Source of the DNA: a virus | Virus record (IMG/VR): IMGVR_UViG_3300038406_000088 | Location: 1-58,127 of that record | Length of the DNA: 58,127 bases | Strand: one strand, 5' to 3' | In this document: piece by piece, positions 44,017 through 53,058 of the stretch | Position numbering within the stretch: position 1 is the stretch's first letter | How the letters are laid out: each line of letters begins with the position of its first letter | Position numbers and translations under genes: made by a program | The notes under the pieces: generated by a model | The model's input: the letters and a program-made list of their open reading frames with translations, nothing else | The model's database searches: none | Told to the model about the DNA's origin: nothing

Positions 44017-44970
44017 TGCGGCGTAGCGGGCAAGCGGGTCACGCTCGCTGAACTCCTCCCGCACCATGTCCTCAGCTCGTGACCCGTCATCGAACATTGG
44101 GCACAGCGTGAAGAACTGGCACCGCCAAGAACAGGTGTCGTCAGGGCTCGGCTCAGCGATGTGCGCCTGCTCTTCGACCGTGGCGTCTTTGAGCAACGCC
44201 TCAAGTTCGAAAATCTTCGTGATCTTCCGCTTCATGTGCAGTTCGTACGAGGCGATCTGGTCGTCGTTGTGGTTTACCTCGAACCGGTCATAGAACGGCG
44301 GTTTCGCCTGCTTGCCGCGCTTGACCTTTTTAAGGACGTTGTACAACGCGCCGTCGCTCCACGTGCCAGCCGGTTGCGTCATGCGTTCCAGCCACGCGTA
44401 GTGGAGCATCTGCGGGTTCATGTGCAACGTACTCAGCGCGGAGGTGAGGCTAGCTGCCGTCTTGTGGTCAACGAACTTCCGCGCGCCGTCCATCAGCCGA
44501 AGCACGCGAGCGTCCAACTTGCCGACGACTTCGAACTCACCGAACCGCTCCACGATCTCAGGCGCGAACTCCGAACCGCGAACCGACACGATCTCCTCAA
44601 TCGCGGTGAACTCGATACCGGCATCGACGCCGGACTCGGCAACCCAATCGGCGTAGCCTTCCAGCATCGCGCGTTCGAGTTCACAGTCCTTGTCAAAGGC
44701 TTTGGACACCTCCACATCGGGATACACACCCAGTTCGGCGCAGTTCTCCAGATACGCCTGCCAGTCGGCATCCTGGGCGGCCTTGAGTACATCAAGGTAC
44801 GCCTCAGGGTTCGGCCCGTAGAACGCCTCCAATCCGGTGTGCACGCGACTGCCGGACCGGAGCGGCCCCGAAGGGTTGAGCGCGACCGGCGACAAGCGTC
44901 TGTAGTCACTCAACCACCACCTGCGAGCACAGGCGAACGTCTTAAACTCACTCTGGCTGAATCTTCGCAC
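44014..44970 (-). CDS. Cas4/RecB-family PD-(D/E)XK exonuclease
   Basis: N-terminal Cys plus C-terminal CSWRCQFFTLC cluster, with a D..DHK nuclease core. Confidence 0.7.
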   Translation of the reverse strand: MRRFSQSEFKTFACARRWWLSDYRRLSPVALNPSGPLRSGSRVHTGLEAFYGPNPEAYLDVLKAAQDADWQAYLENCAELGVYPDVEVSKAFDKDCELERAMLEGYADWVAESGVDAGIEFTAIEEIVSVRGSEFAPEIVERFGEFEVVGKLDARVLRLMDGARKFVDHKTAASLTSALSTLHMNPQMLHYAWLERMTQPAGTWSDGALYNVLKKVKRGKQAKPPFYDRFEVNHNDDQIASYELHMKRKITKIFELEALLKDATVEEQAHIAEPSPDDTCSWRCQFFTLCPMFDDGSRAEDMVREEFSERDPLARYAA

Positions 44971-45118
44971 GTTCCCTCTCCTCCTTCACTTCGGCCTCGT
45001 ACCTCGGTGCCCAGCGTTCCACGAACGTTCTGAGGTTCGCGATGCGCTTGCGTTTCTTCTCTTTGGCGATGTACTCGGGCGTTGCCCGTGGGTCAGAGTA
45101 GTTCATGCTCGGTGGCAT
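44948..45118 (-). CDS. hypothetical basic protein (56 aa)
   Basis: TGATG overlap with the helicase stop. Read by hand; below the ORF-track cutoff. Confidence 0.4.
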   Translation of the reverse strand: MPPSMNYSDPRATPEYIAKEKKRKRIANLRTFVERWAPRYEAEVKEERERAKIQPE

Positions 45119-47058
45119 CAGTCCCCCATCAATCCGGTTGCTTCGATCCGGGCCGCTTCCGCGTCCAGATCATCGGTGGTCTTGCCCAGCGCGAGGAGCT
45201 TAGCGCGGTCGCGCACGATCTCCTCAAGCCGTTCCGCTTTGTCGTACAGTCTTTCGAGTTGCGTCTCTTCGATCGTGCCAACGGCCACCAGGTCGATGAT
45301 CGTCACCTTGTCATGCACTTCGGAGCCGATGCGGTGGATGCGATCGACGCCCTGGTTATTGTCGATGGCGCTCCAGGATCGTTGAAGCCGAACCATGGTG
45401 TCAGCGCGCGTCAGATTCAGCCCGACGCCACCGGCTTTGTAGGTCAGCAGGATGTAGTCGATCTTGCCATCCTGGAACGCCTGCACTGCTGCGTCACGCT
45501 CATCCCCTGACACGCCACCGGTCACCCGAGCGAACGGGATACCGGCATCGGTCATCCGCGTGGCCGCGAGGTCGATGAGCTGCCGGTGCTCAGCAGCGAT
45601 GACCATGGGCTTGCCCGGCTCGTCTTCGATGATCGACATGAGTTCATCGATCTTCGAGGATTTCGGGCTGTCGGTAAGCGACACGATCCACGTAGCGGGG
45701 TCTTCGGGGGTCTCCCCCTGGTCGACCTCACAGTATGCGGACGCGAATTGCAGCAGTCGGGTCGCCCCCGCAAGGTTCCCGTTGGCGACGAGAACCGTTC
45801 CGTCCTCAAGCACCGTGACGAGCCGTTCGGCAATGTCCTTGTACGCCTTCGCCTGCTTGGGGCTCATCTCGACATCGCGTCGCATGAACACCTTGTCGGG
45901 CAGCTGCTTGAGTACATCGGCCTTGATCATGCGGCGGAAGTGCGGGTCAAGGATCTTGAAGAACTCCTCTTTCGTCTCGGGCTTGAGGCCGACAATCGAC
46001 ATGCCGCCGAAGTGGTTGTACTCGATCCGGGCGTAACGGTCGATGAAGGCGGACTTCGAAGGGAACACGTCAGGCGCGATAGCGTGCCCGATCGACCACA
46101 GGTCACCAGGGTGGTTCGCCACCGGCGTACCTGTGAGCGCCCAGCGGTATTCGACAGTCGGACCGTGAAACACGTTCCAGATAGCGCGCGTCTGCAAGGC
46201 GTTCGGGTCCTTCACCCTGTGTGCTTCATCGAGTACGCACACCTTGAACGGGATGCGGTTCAGTTCCTTTTCGTGTACCTCGCAAGCGGACTCTTTCAAG
46301 TCCGGTGTTCCCGGCTGCGTCTTCGTCTCGCACTCCATACAGCGCTTGAGGCGCGTCGAACCGTAGGGGGACAGACGGGAATGCAACTTCATCGCTTCGA
46401 TGTTCACGATGATGACAGCATTGTCGGCTTCGGCTGCTTCGTTGATCTGCACGCGGCGCTTCGCAGCACTGCCCTGAATGACAAACGGGTTCGCCTCAGG
46501 AAGCCACCGCTTGATCTCGCGTTCCCAGTTCCGTTTCAGGGAGTTGGGGCACACGATGAGGGCCGGGTACGCACCCCCGCCGTACTCGGGCAGGATCATG
46601 TCAACGCGCCGCATGGCTGCAATCGTCTGAAAAGTCTTGCCGCTGCCCATCTCGTCACCAAGTAGTGCACTTCGGGCAAGCACCATGAAGTCAGCGCCCG
46701 GAATCTGGAACGGGTACAGCTTCTCATCGTGGTCGTTGACCGACTGGTAGTCAGGGTGTGGTGCCATCGCTTCGCGAAGTTCCAACACCCGGTCACGACG
46801 GTCACGAGCGGATCGCGCCCAAGCGGCAAGCTCGGGTTCGACCACGATGCGGTCACCGAACAGTTCGCGCAGCACGATGCACGCGGCGTAGGACTTCGGG
46901 AGCGTCCAGCGCTTTGCTTTCCGGTCCCACTTCTTGCCTGGGATCATCTTGATCTGATAGGAGTCGTTCCAGAGCGTTTCGTCAGGCTCCCCGTTCGCCT
47001 TGCGGCTGAACAAGGTGATCCGGTCGTCTTCGCCGATCTCGGCATAGATCTCATTCAT
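45118..47058 (-). CDS. SNF2-family helicase
   Basis: Motif I DEMGSGKT, motif II DEAH, motif V/VI GGVGLNLT and QGVDRIHRIGS. A Cys-containing insertion lies between them. Confidence 0.9.
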   Translation of the reverse strand: MNEIYAEIGEDDRITLFSRKANGEPDETLWNDSYQIKMIPGKKWDRKAKRWTLPKSYAACIVLRELFGDRIVVEPELAAWARSARDRRDRVLELREAMAPHPDYQSVNDHDEKLYPFQIPGADFMVLARSALLGDEMGSGKTFQTIAAMRRVDMILPEYGGGAYPALIVCPNSLKRNWEREIKRWLPEANPFVIQGSAAKRRVQINEAAEADNAVIIVNIEAMKLHSRLSPYGSTRLKRCMECETKTQPGTPDLKESACEVHEKELNRIPFKVCVLDEAHRVKDPNALQTRAIWNVFHGPTVEYRWALTGTPVANHPGDLWSIGHAIAPDVFPSKSAFIDRYARIEYNHFGGMSIVGLKPETKEEFFKILDPHFRRMIKADVLKQLPDKVFMRRDVEMSPKQAKAYKDIAERLVTVLEDGTVLVANGNLAGATRLLQFASAYCEVDQGETPEDPATWIVSLTDSPKSSKIDELMSIIEDEPGKPMVIAAEHRQLIDLAATRMTDAGIPFARVTGGVSGDERDAAVQAFQDGKIDYILLTYKAGGVGLNLTRADTMVRLQRSWSAIDNNQGVDRIHRIGSEVHDKVTIIDLVAVGTIEETQLERLYDKAERLEEIVRDRAKLLALGKTTDDLDAEAARIEATGLMGD

Positions 47059-47061
47059 CCT

Positions 47062-47580
47062 TCATCCTTCCGTCGTAGGTTCCATCTTAGCATCCCGTAC
47101 CAGTTCTGACCAGCGGGGATAGTCAACGTCCTTGAGGAGCGCGAACGCCTGTCGGGCGGCGTCGTTGGCGTGACCCATGCCGGGGGTGTACCAGCCGACC
47201 TTGCGCAGCATGTCATCTGAGGCGAACTTGAGGTTAGCTTTCGCATAACGCACAAGTCCGTTACCTTGTGTAATGTGCGAAGCGGCTCGGACCATGCCGG
47301 TAACTTCAAGGGCGTCGGTGTTCTGCGTAAGCTTTGCGGTTTTCGAAGTGATGATGAATCGCTCTACAGCGTAGTAACGACGCTGATCCCAACAGTGTTT
47401 ATCGAACTTGATGCCGCCTTGCCGAAGCTTGCCCCACACGTTATCGGCGGGAACTTGCAACGGTGTGATTCGAACGTCTTCACAGCAAGGCGAATCGCAA
47501 CGTTGGTACACGAAGATCCCAGTCATGGTGCCTGGATCAACACCGATAATCGCATATGAGTCATTCACACTAAATGTCAC
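47062..47580 (-). CDS. RuvC-like Holliday junction resolvase
   Basis: IIGVDPG and HANDAARQA motifs. GTG start at 47580 or 47568. Confidence 0.6.
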   Translation of the reverse strand: MTFSVNDSYAIIGVDPGTMTGIFVYQRCDSPCCEDVRITPLQVPADNVWGKLRQGGIKFDKHCWDQRRYYAVERFIITSKTAKLTQNTDALEVTGMVRAASHITQGNGLVRYAKANLKFASDDMLRKVGWYTPGMGHANDAARQAFALLKDVDYPRWSELVRDAKMEPTTEG

Positions 47581-49384
47581 GCTTTTCCGCCCATCGCTTA
47601 GCTGTTGCCCCGCCCGCGGTAAGTGGGATGGACAACAGGCTGTCATCATTCATAACGTCTTTCATGGTCGCGATAACGTCTGAGACCTCGCTGTCGGGCA
47701 CATCTGCGATCACTTCGTCGTGCACCACCAGCGCAAGATAATCCCCGATGCCTGCTGCGTCCAACTGTAGGAGCGCGCCCTTCATGATCTCAGCAGCAAC
47801 GCCTTGGATCTGGTGGTTCACGAGCTGGTAGAACAGGTTCGGGTTGTGTTGTTGGAACCTTCGCCCGGTGAGCGGAGACTTCACGTACCCCACGCCATCC
47901 TCGCGGTACCGCTGCGAGGCGAGACGCTGAATCGTCTGCTGATGTGCGGGCACACCCGCATACGTGCCGTTGAAGTCAGCGGCAAGCTTCTCGATCTCGG
48001 CGAGCGGTCGCTTCGTGGTCGTCGCCAGCTTGTCGTTGCCCGCTCCGTACAGCGTGGCGTAGGTGTAGCTCTTCGTAAGGTTGCGCTGCGGACTCTTCTT
48101 GGTGATCGTCTCGTCCTGGTAGATCTTTTTCGTGAGCGCCACGAAAAAGTCTTCATCTGAGAGAAATGCCTCCCTAAGTCCTGGATCTCCCGAAAAGGAC
48201 GCCATTACCCTTAGCTCGATTTGATCGTAATCGAACAGGACAAACGTGCTATCAGGCGACGCAACGATGCAGTTTCGAGCGATCTTGCTCAGCGGGTCCG
48301 ACTCGTCCACTCGGGTGAGCTGTTGCAGGTTCGGGGATGAACTGCTCATACGGGCAGTTTTCACCCCAAACGCGCCTGCGGACTGCTCTTTGTACCCGAG
48401 TGTATTTATTGAAGTATGAATCCTCCCATCGAAGGATGAATACTCCAAAAACCTCTTAAGGTACGTCGAGTTGATCTTTTCCGCCTGCTTGCGTTGCTGC
48501 AAGAGCGCTGCCAACGGGTGGTCGATGCCCTCAAGCGCGAACTTGTCCAGCGACCACGCGCCGCCGTCCGTCCGCTTCCACAGCTTCACGCCGTCCGCAA
48601 TGAAGAGGTCGGTCACCTGCGTAGCCGAGCCGAGATCAATGCCGAACTCATCGAAGCCGCGCTTCGTGAGGTCGACGTGCAGTGCGTCTAGCTCGGTACG
48701 CTTCGCCTGGGTGTACTCGCGGTCGCAGGCTACGCCCTTCATCTCCATCTTGTCGGCCAGCCAGCCAGTTGCGAGTTCGAGGTCATAAGCCCTGGGTGCG
48801 ATAGCCATTACCGTGGGTGCATGATGCTCCCACAGCAACGCGGTAATCACGCAATCGAGTGCTGCATATTGCCAATACGCCGCACACGGACCGGTGGCAC
48901 TGATGGGTACCGTCGCCCACGTATACCCCCCAGAGTGCATCAAGGAGTCCAAAGAACCTTGCATTGCCGCCGCTCGCGGGTCAATGTGCTTCGCAGACTG
49001 CTGCTTGAGCCCGATCGACACGGACGGGTCAACGATGTGACACAGCATCATCGTGTCATCGGTCAGGTGCGGGGGCAGGTGGATGTCGTGGTTTCGGAGC
49101 ATCGCGAGATCGAAACGAACATTGTGGCCTACGAACCTCCCCTTGCGCGACCACCGGTCAATGATCTCCTCGACCAGTCCCTTCCAGCGGTCAATCGGGA
49201 TAGCCCAGCCGTCGCTAGCGGTCCCAAACTGCACGAGTCTTACCTTATCGCGCAATTTGTCAATTCCGGTCGATTCGCAGTCGACCGCCAAGCGCTCGCA
49301 GGTGAGTCCCGAAAGCCAATCGAGGCACGCCGCAACATCTTCGTACGTCTCCACCAAATGGAGACTAACCCCCTCAAGAGCCAT
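47570..49384 (-). CDS. polA: DNA polymerase I (family A) with 3'-5' exonuclease domain
   Basis: ExoI VDCESTG, motif A DYDQIELRV, motif B RNLTKSYTYATLYG, motif C VHDEV. Confidence 0.9.
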   Translation of the reverse strand: MALEGVSLHLVETYEDVAACLDWLSGLTCERLAVDCESTGIDKLRDKVRLVQFGTASDGWAIPIDRWKGLVEEIIDRWSRKGRFVGHNVRFDLAMLRNHDIHLPPHLTDDTMMLCHIVDPSVSIGLKQQSAKHIDPRAAAMQGSLDSLMHSGGYTWATVPISATGPCAAYWQYAALDCVITALLWEHHAPTVMAIAPRAYDLELATGWLADKMEMKGVACDREYTQAKRTELDALHVDLTKRGFDEFGIDLGSATQVTDLFIADGVKLWKRTDGGAWSLDKFALEGIDHPLAALLQQRKQAEKINSTYLKRFLEYSSFDGRIHTSINTLGYKEQSAGAFGVKTARMSSSSPNLQQLTRVDESDPLSKIARNCIVASPDSTFVLFDYDQIELRVMASFSGDPGLREAFLSDEDFFVALTKKIYQDETITKKSPQRNLTKSYTYATLYGAGNDKLATTTKRPLAEIEKLAADFNGTYAGVPAHQQTIQRLASQRYREDGVGYVKSPLTGRRFQQHNPNLFYQLVNHQIQGVAAEIMKGALLQLDAAGIGDYLALVVHDEVIADVPDSEVSDVIATMKDVMNDDSLLSIPLTAGGATAKRWAEKRDI

Positions 49385-50072
49385 CTTTATCCCTCATCTT
49401 TCGTCGTTGTCGTCCTCTGCGCTGTCCTTCATTCTTGCATGTACGACATGCTCGGTGTCCGTAAGTGTTGTAGATGGTGTTTTCTTCTGTGTACGCGTGA
49501 TTATTGGGGCAGTGAGTGATTTTTGAAGCACTCAGAGCTGCATGCAATCCAGCGATGCCTCTTCTGGTGTTTTCACCAGTCGTTACCGGTTCGAGATGAT
49601 CGGGGTTTACACAGGACTTGTTCTTGCACAAATGATCTATCACCAAGGATTCTTGGATCGGCCCTACTAGATTTTCCCACGCAAAACGGTGCGCATACCA
49701 CCATGTGTAGTGCACCCGGAATTTTCCATACCCGCGCCGGTCGCGCGTTCCAACCCATTCCCAGCAATCACCATCGGCATCAACATGTGCCCAAAAACGT
49801 TCTTCCGGTGATCCGTCGATGCGCTTGCGTACTTGGTACTCTGGGTTTCCGTATCTGTGCCACCTCTGATAGTGCTTTGAGCACCAGCCTCGCGTAGCCT
49901 TCTTGCTTTCGCATCCTTCAATCGAGCATCTGTTATCGTTGAGCACGACGGACACCTCTATAACTCGCTGTTCGTCCACGTCCTCGGCGGGTGCAACCGC
50001 GCGAGGACTCTTCTTTACATAGTATACATCAGTCCGGAGCTCCGAAGAGCCCCGCACCCTAGCTGGATACAA
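49374..50072 (-). CDS. HNH homing endonuclease
   Basis: CSIEGC..RGWCSKHYQRWHRYGNP, CWEWVG..GYG and IDHLCKNKSCVNPDHLEPVT motifs. Low GC. Its stop overlaps the polA start by 11 nt. Confidence 0.85.
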   Translation of the reverse strand: MYPARVRGSSELRTDVYYVKKSPRAVAPAEDVDEQRVIEVSVVLNDNRCSIEGCESKKATRGWCSKHYQRWHRYGNPEYQVRKRIDGSPEERFWAHVDADGDCWEWVGTRDRRGYGKFRVHYTWWYAHRFAWENLVGPIQESLVIDHLCKNKSCVNPDHLEPVTTGENTRRGIAGLHAALSASKITHCPNNHAYTEENTIYNTYGHRACRTCKNEGQRRGRQRRKMRDKDGS

Positions 50073-50289
50073 CCTGGTTTCGACTGATGTAGTAAGCAGG
50101 AATCGTCACGGGCCACATCGCCCCTACACCGACAGACACGATAATGGCTGACCATATTTCGTCCTCTTCCATATCCTCGTGTCTTGTTGCTGGTATTGTC
50201 CCCATTACGTTTTTTACCGGTTGAAACAGGATAATTCCTGCCCCTATGGACGATAGTAGATATCCGATTATAAAAAGGGCATGCCACAT
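50059..50289 (-). CDS. membrane protein (2 transmembrane helices)
   Basis: Start at MWHALFIIGY. Low-GC segment. Confidence 0.45.
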   Translation of the reverse strand: MWHALFIIGYLLSSIGAGIILFQPVKNVMGTIPATRHEDMEEDEIWSAIIVSVGVGAMWPVTIPAYYISRNQVVSS

Positions 50290-50338
50290 CGCGGCGGCCT
50301 TCCGATTGCCTTGGCTGGTGTGTCTCAATCATAGCGAA

Positions 50339-50367
50339 AGACCCGGTGCCCCATCGACACCGGGTCT
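50339..50367 (-). terminator. hairpin terminator
   Basis: AGACCCGGTG-9 nt-CACCGGGTCT followed by TTCG on the minus strand. Confidence 0.6.
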
Positions 50368-50379
50368 GACGTCTTATCG

Positions 50380-50583
50380 CTAGCTATAATGCTTGTTGTG
50401 GTGCCCGATGTGCAGCATCTCGCAGGAATCGCAACGGTAGATGTCCCAGTCCGCTGCCTTCTCGCCTTCGCGCTGCATCATGTATCTTCGCGCCTTACGG
50501 GCCACCTTGCGGTCACTGTATCCGCGCTTGCCCGACTCGTGGCATATCGTAATGAATTTGAGCCTAGGTGGGCCTCCTGCCAT
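50380..50583 (-). CDS. hypothetical basic Cys/His protein
   Basis: About 67 aa with C..C..H..H near the C-terminus. Confidence 0.45.
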   Translation of the reverse strand: MAGGPPRLKFITICHESGKRGYSDRKVARKARRYMMQREGEKAADWDIYRCDSCEMLHIGHHNKHYS

Positions 50584-50759
50584 CACACCTCGCCGTTCAC
50601 GATCGCTTCGATATCAGTCCGGTAGAACCGGTTGTGACCGCCTGGCGTTTTGATCGCCCGAATGAGTCCCCGTTCTGCCCAGCGCGTGACCGTCTTGGCA
50701 TCGACGCGCAAAGCCTTCCCGACCTCACTCGGTGTCATGAGTTCCTTGGTTTCGCTCAT
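50583..50759 (-). CDS. excisionase/MerR-type HTH DNA-binding protein (58 aa)
   Basis: Hand translation gives MSETKELMTPSEVGKALRVDAKTVTRWAERGLIRAIKTPGGHNRFYRTDIEAI, an HTH_17-like pattern. Confidence 0.6.
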   Translation of the reverse strand: MSETKELMTPSEVGKALRVDAKTVTRWAERGLIRAIKTPGGHNRFYRTDIEAIVNGEV

Positions 50760-50768
50760 GGTGTCCTC

Positions 50769-50966
50769 TCAGTACTCACGCACGATGGCCTTGAGGAGTT
50801 CATAACCCTCATAGCCGAATTCGACTTGCACCCGGTTCCCGTTGACATCAGCAGCCGTCATGACCCACATGCCGCTTGGGTACGCCATGGTGGGCGTTCG
50901 CTTGGCGAACGTAAACCGCTGGTTTTCGATCAGATGCTCTGACCCTTGATACTCGACTTGGTTCAC
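50769..50966 (-). CDS. hypothetical protein
   Basis: GTG start after an AAGGAGAGAAG ribosome-binding site. Confidence 0.45.
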   Translation of the reverse strand: MNQVEYQGSEHLIENQRFTFAKRTPTMAYPSGMWVMTAADVNGNRVQVEFGYEGYELLKAIVREY

Positions 50967-51190
50967 GTCTTCTCTCCTTGTGTCTTCGACATGCACGGGA
51001 TGCACAGGTCTGCCTGTAGCAATCTGACAATGTACTGTCGGTTGCCCGGAGCAGTCAGACCGGTAACGTCCAGGACGTTCCCGTCCGGTCCCCGGAGTGT
51101 GTCCCCGATGAATGCGGCGTGCCAGTAGTTCGGGTGCTGATTGGTGCCGAGCTTCGTTCCGCAGCCGTCGCACTTGATTTCGGTGCTCAT
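50963..51190 (-). CDS. zinc-ribbon protein
   Basis: CDGC...CIPC pairs. Confidence 0.5.
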   Translation of the reverse strand: MSTEIKCDGCGTKLGTNQHPNYWHAAFIGDTLRGPDGNVLDVTGLTAPGNRQYIVRLLQADLCIPCMSKTQGEKT

Positions 51191-51193
51191 CGG

Positions 51194-51352
51194 CTAGAAC
51201 CAGTCGTCATCGATGATCAGCACTGAAACACCCCAGTACAGCAGGAACACGACCGCAGCGACCACCCAGGGCCACGGGTTGTCGTATCCGATCAGATGCG
51301 TGACAAGTGCTCCGATGAGCGCGAGAACGATCGAAGCGATGAGGTGACCCAT
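51194..51352 (-). CDS. tiny membrane protein (52 aa)
   Basis: Hand-read ORF with two hydrophobic stretches. Confidence 0.4.
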   Translation of the reverse strand: MGHLIASIVLALIGALVTHLIGYDNPWPWVVAAVVFLLYWGVSVLIIDDDWF

Positions 51353-51486
51353 CACTGCCTACCGATCCACTGCCCGAATTCGAGGAGAATCCAGAACAGC
51401 AACGTCCCGAACCCGATCACGGCCGGAATGAGCACGAGGATCACGCCGATAGCGCAGCCGTTGAGCTTCGGTTTGTCGTCGGTCAT
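51352..51486 (-). CDS. tiny membrane protein (44 aa)
   Basis: Hand-read ORF with a TGATG overlap. Confidence 0.4.
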   Translation of the reverse strand: MTDDKPKLNGCAIGVILVLIPAVIGFGTLLFWILLEFGQWIGRQ

Positions 51487-51819
51487 CTACTTTCCTCCCA
51501 GCCCGGGAAAGTTTGCGTTGTCGAGTCCCGTGAAGAACACCCCGTCACCGGTCCGGTGTTCTCCTGCGTGTCCCTTCACAAAGATGCACGGTTTCGATGC
51601 CCCGGTGTATTTGCCGTCAAGGTATCCATGCAGGCTGACGTTGCACGGCAGCACTGGTTCAGATTCGGCCTTCGGCGCGGCTTTCGCCAGTTCGGCGTAC
51701 ACGGCAGCCTTCGCAATGGCTTTTCCGATGTCGTTGCCCGGTGACTCTTTCCACGTGGTTTCTAGCCACGCTTCGGCCTTGTCCGCGTAGTAACGGAAGT
51801 CTTTCAGTTCGTCACTCAT
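51487..51819 (-). CDS. hypothetical protein
   Basis: 110-aa ORF. Confidence 0.55.
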   Translation of the reverse strand: MSDELKDFRYYADKAEAWLETTWKESPGNDIGKAIAKAAVYAELAKAAPKAESEPVLPCNVSLHGYLDGKYTGASKPCIFVKGHAGEHRTGDGVFFTGLDNANFPGLGGK

Positions 51820-51968
51820 CGTTTCTTTGCTCGCTTTCGCATCATTCGTTCAACTCGCGTCATGTCTCGGTGTTCGATCCACTTGAGGATGCCCCAGAAC
51901 GCAGGAACCGACAGCATGAGACCGATCATCCCGCCGATCAGCGCCGCTAGCAGTCCGGTGTCACTCAT
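51816..51968 (-). CDS. tiny membrane protein (50 aa)
   Basis: Hand-read ORF with an ATGA overlap. Confidence 0.4.
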   Translation of the reverse strand: MSDTGLLAALIGGMIGLMLSVPAFWGILKWIEHRDMTRVERMMRKRAKKR

Positions 51969-52141
51969 CAGTACATCACCGGTCCCTTCATCAACTTGGC
52001 CTGCTCGGTGTACATCTCGGCGACGCTAAGGTATGACTTTGCAGACTCGTTACACCCGTTTTTAGCCTTCTCACTGGCTGATTGCAACGCCTCATCGGCC
52101 TTGCGCATGTAGTACTCGAAACTCTTCGATCCATCACTCAT
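51968..52141 (-). CDS. hypothetical protein (57 aa)
   Basis: Start at MSDGSKSFEYY. Confidence 0.45.
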   Translation of the reverse strand: MSDGSKSFEYYMRKADEALQSASEKAKNGCNESAKSYLSVAEMYTEQAKLMKGPVMY

Positions 52142-52355
52142 CGTTGTTCGTCTCCAGTTCGCAGTTGTCTGGGCAGCACATGTGAAACTCGCGCACGGTC
52201 TTCGTGACCGAACAGTGTGACCAGTGGTGTCCCTGGTAGCCAGAGCATCCACCACACCTACCGCAGTGGTAAGCGTAGTTGTGACACCCTGACTTGCAGT
52301 TGTCGTTCGGCCCCTGCGTAGCGATCGGGCCTCGGTACTTCGACTGCTCACTCAC
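52134..52355 (-). CDS. Cys/His-rich small protein
   Basis: GTGA overlap. 11 Cys in 73 aa. Confidence 0.45.
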   Translation of the reverse strand: MSEQSKYRGPIATQGPNDNCKSGCHNYAYHCGRCGGCSGYQGHHWSHCSVTKTVREFHMCCPDNCELETNNDE

Positions 52356-52549
52356 TCTGACCACTCCCGCAACAGAACGATGTTGCTCACGTGCAGACTC
52401 CCGAGTCCCGAATTCCGCTCTTTGATACCGGCTTCGATCTCCTCGACTGCCTCTTGACTGTCGATCGGCGCACCCCATCTGTCGATGAACACGCGCCCAC
52501 TGCCAGTAGCGAAGTTGTATGCGATCATGTACCGATACCACTTAGTCAT
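52352..52549 (-). CDS. hypothetical protein
   Basis: Start at MTKWYRYM. Confidence 0.45.
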   Translation of the reverse strand: MTKWYRYMIAYNFATGSGRVFIDRWGAPIDSQEAVEEIEAGIKERNSGLGSLHVSNIVLLREWSE

Positions 52550-52889
52550 CTTCGACCTCTCCCGTCCTCTCGATCCATAGCACCTGGTACGCAACCGGCG
52601 TTCCTCGGAACACGAGACGCGTCGAGTGCTGGATAGTGTCGCCATGTACCAGGTCGTCATACTGGACAGACCACGCTTCGGCGTGTCCTTCGCACTCAGC
52701 GCGCAGCTTGTCAGACAGGTTCTTGAACTCTGCTCGGGCTGCGTCCTGGTCATCGTTGATCACGCAGTACGTGATATCGAAACGGCCGACGTTCAGCGGG
52801 AACTCTTTGGTGTAGTGCAGGAACGAGGCAGCGGACTGCAACCCGCGAACGAGCTGGTCACGCTTGGTTTCAGGTTCAGTGTTGAACAT
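52542..52889 (-). CDS. hypothetical protein
   Basis: Start at MFNTEPE after a GACGGAAGGA ribosome-binding site. Confidence 0.5.
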   Translation of the reverse strand: MFNTEPETKRDQLVRGLQSAASFLHYTKEFPLNVGRFDITYCVINDDQDAARAEFKNLSDKLRAECEGHAEAWSVQYDDLVHGDTIQHSTRLVFRGTPVAYQVLWIERTGEVEDD

Positions 52890-53058
52890 GATGATCCTTC
52901 CGTCTTTGATCGTGATCGTGGGGTGATGTTTCTGGGAGCAGTCCCACCCCTCTAAGACTGCTCCCGCTCGGTAAGCACCGAGTTCCTTCGCCCGAAAGCA
53001 TTGGAGAGACTTGTCAAACCTACCATGGTGCGCCCGTTCGTGCAACATGGGGCCGGTG

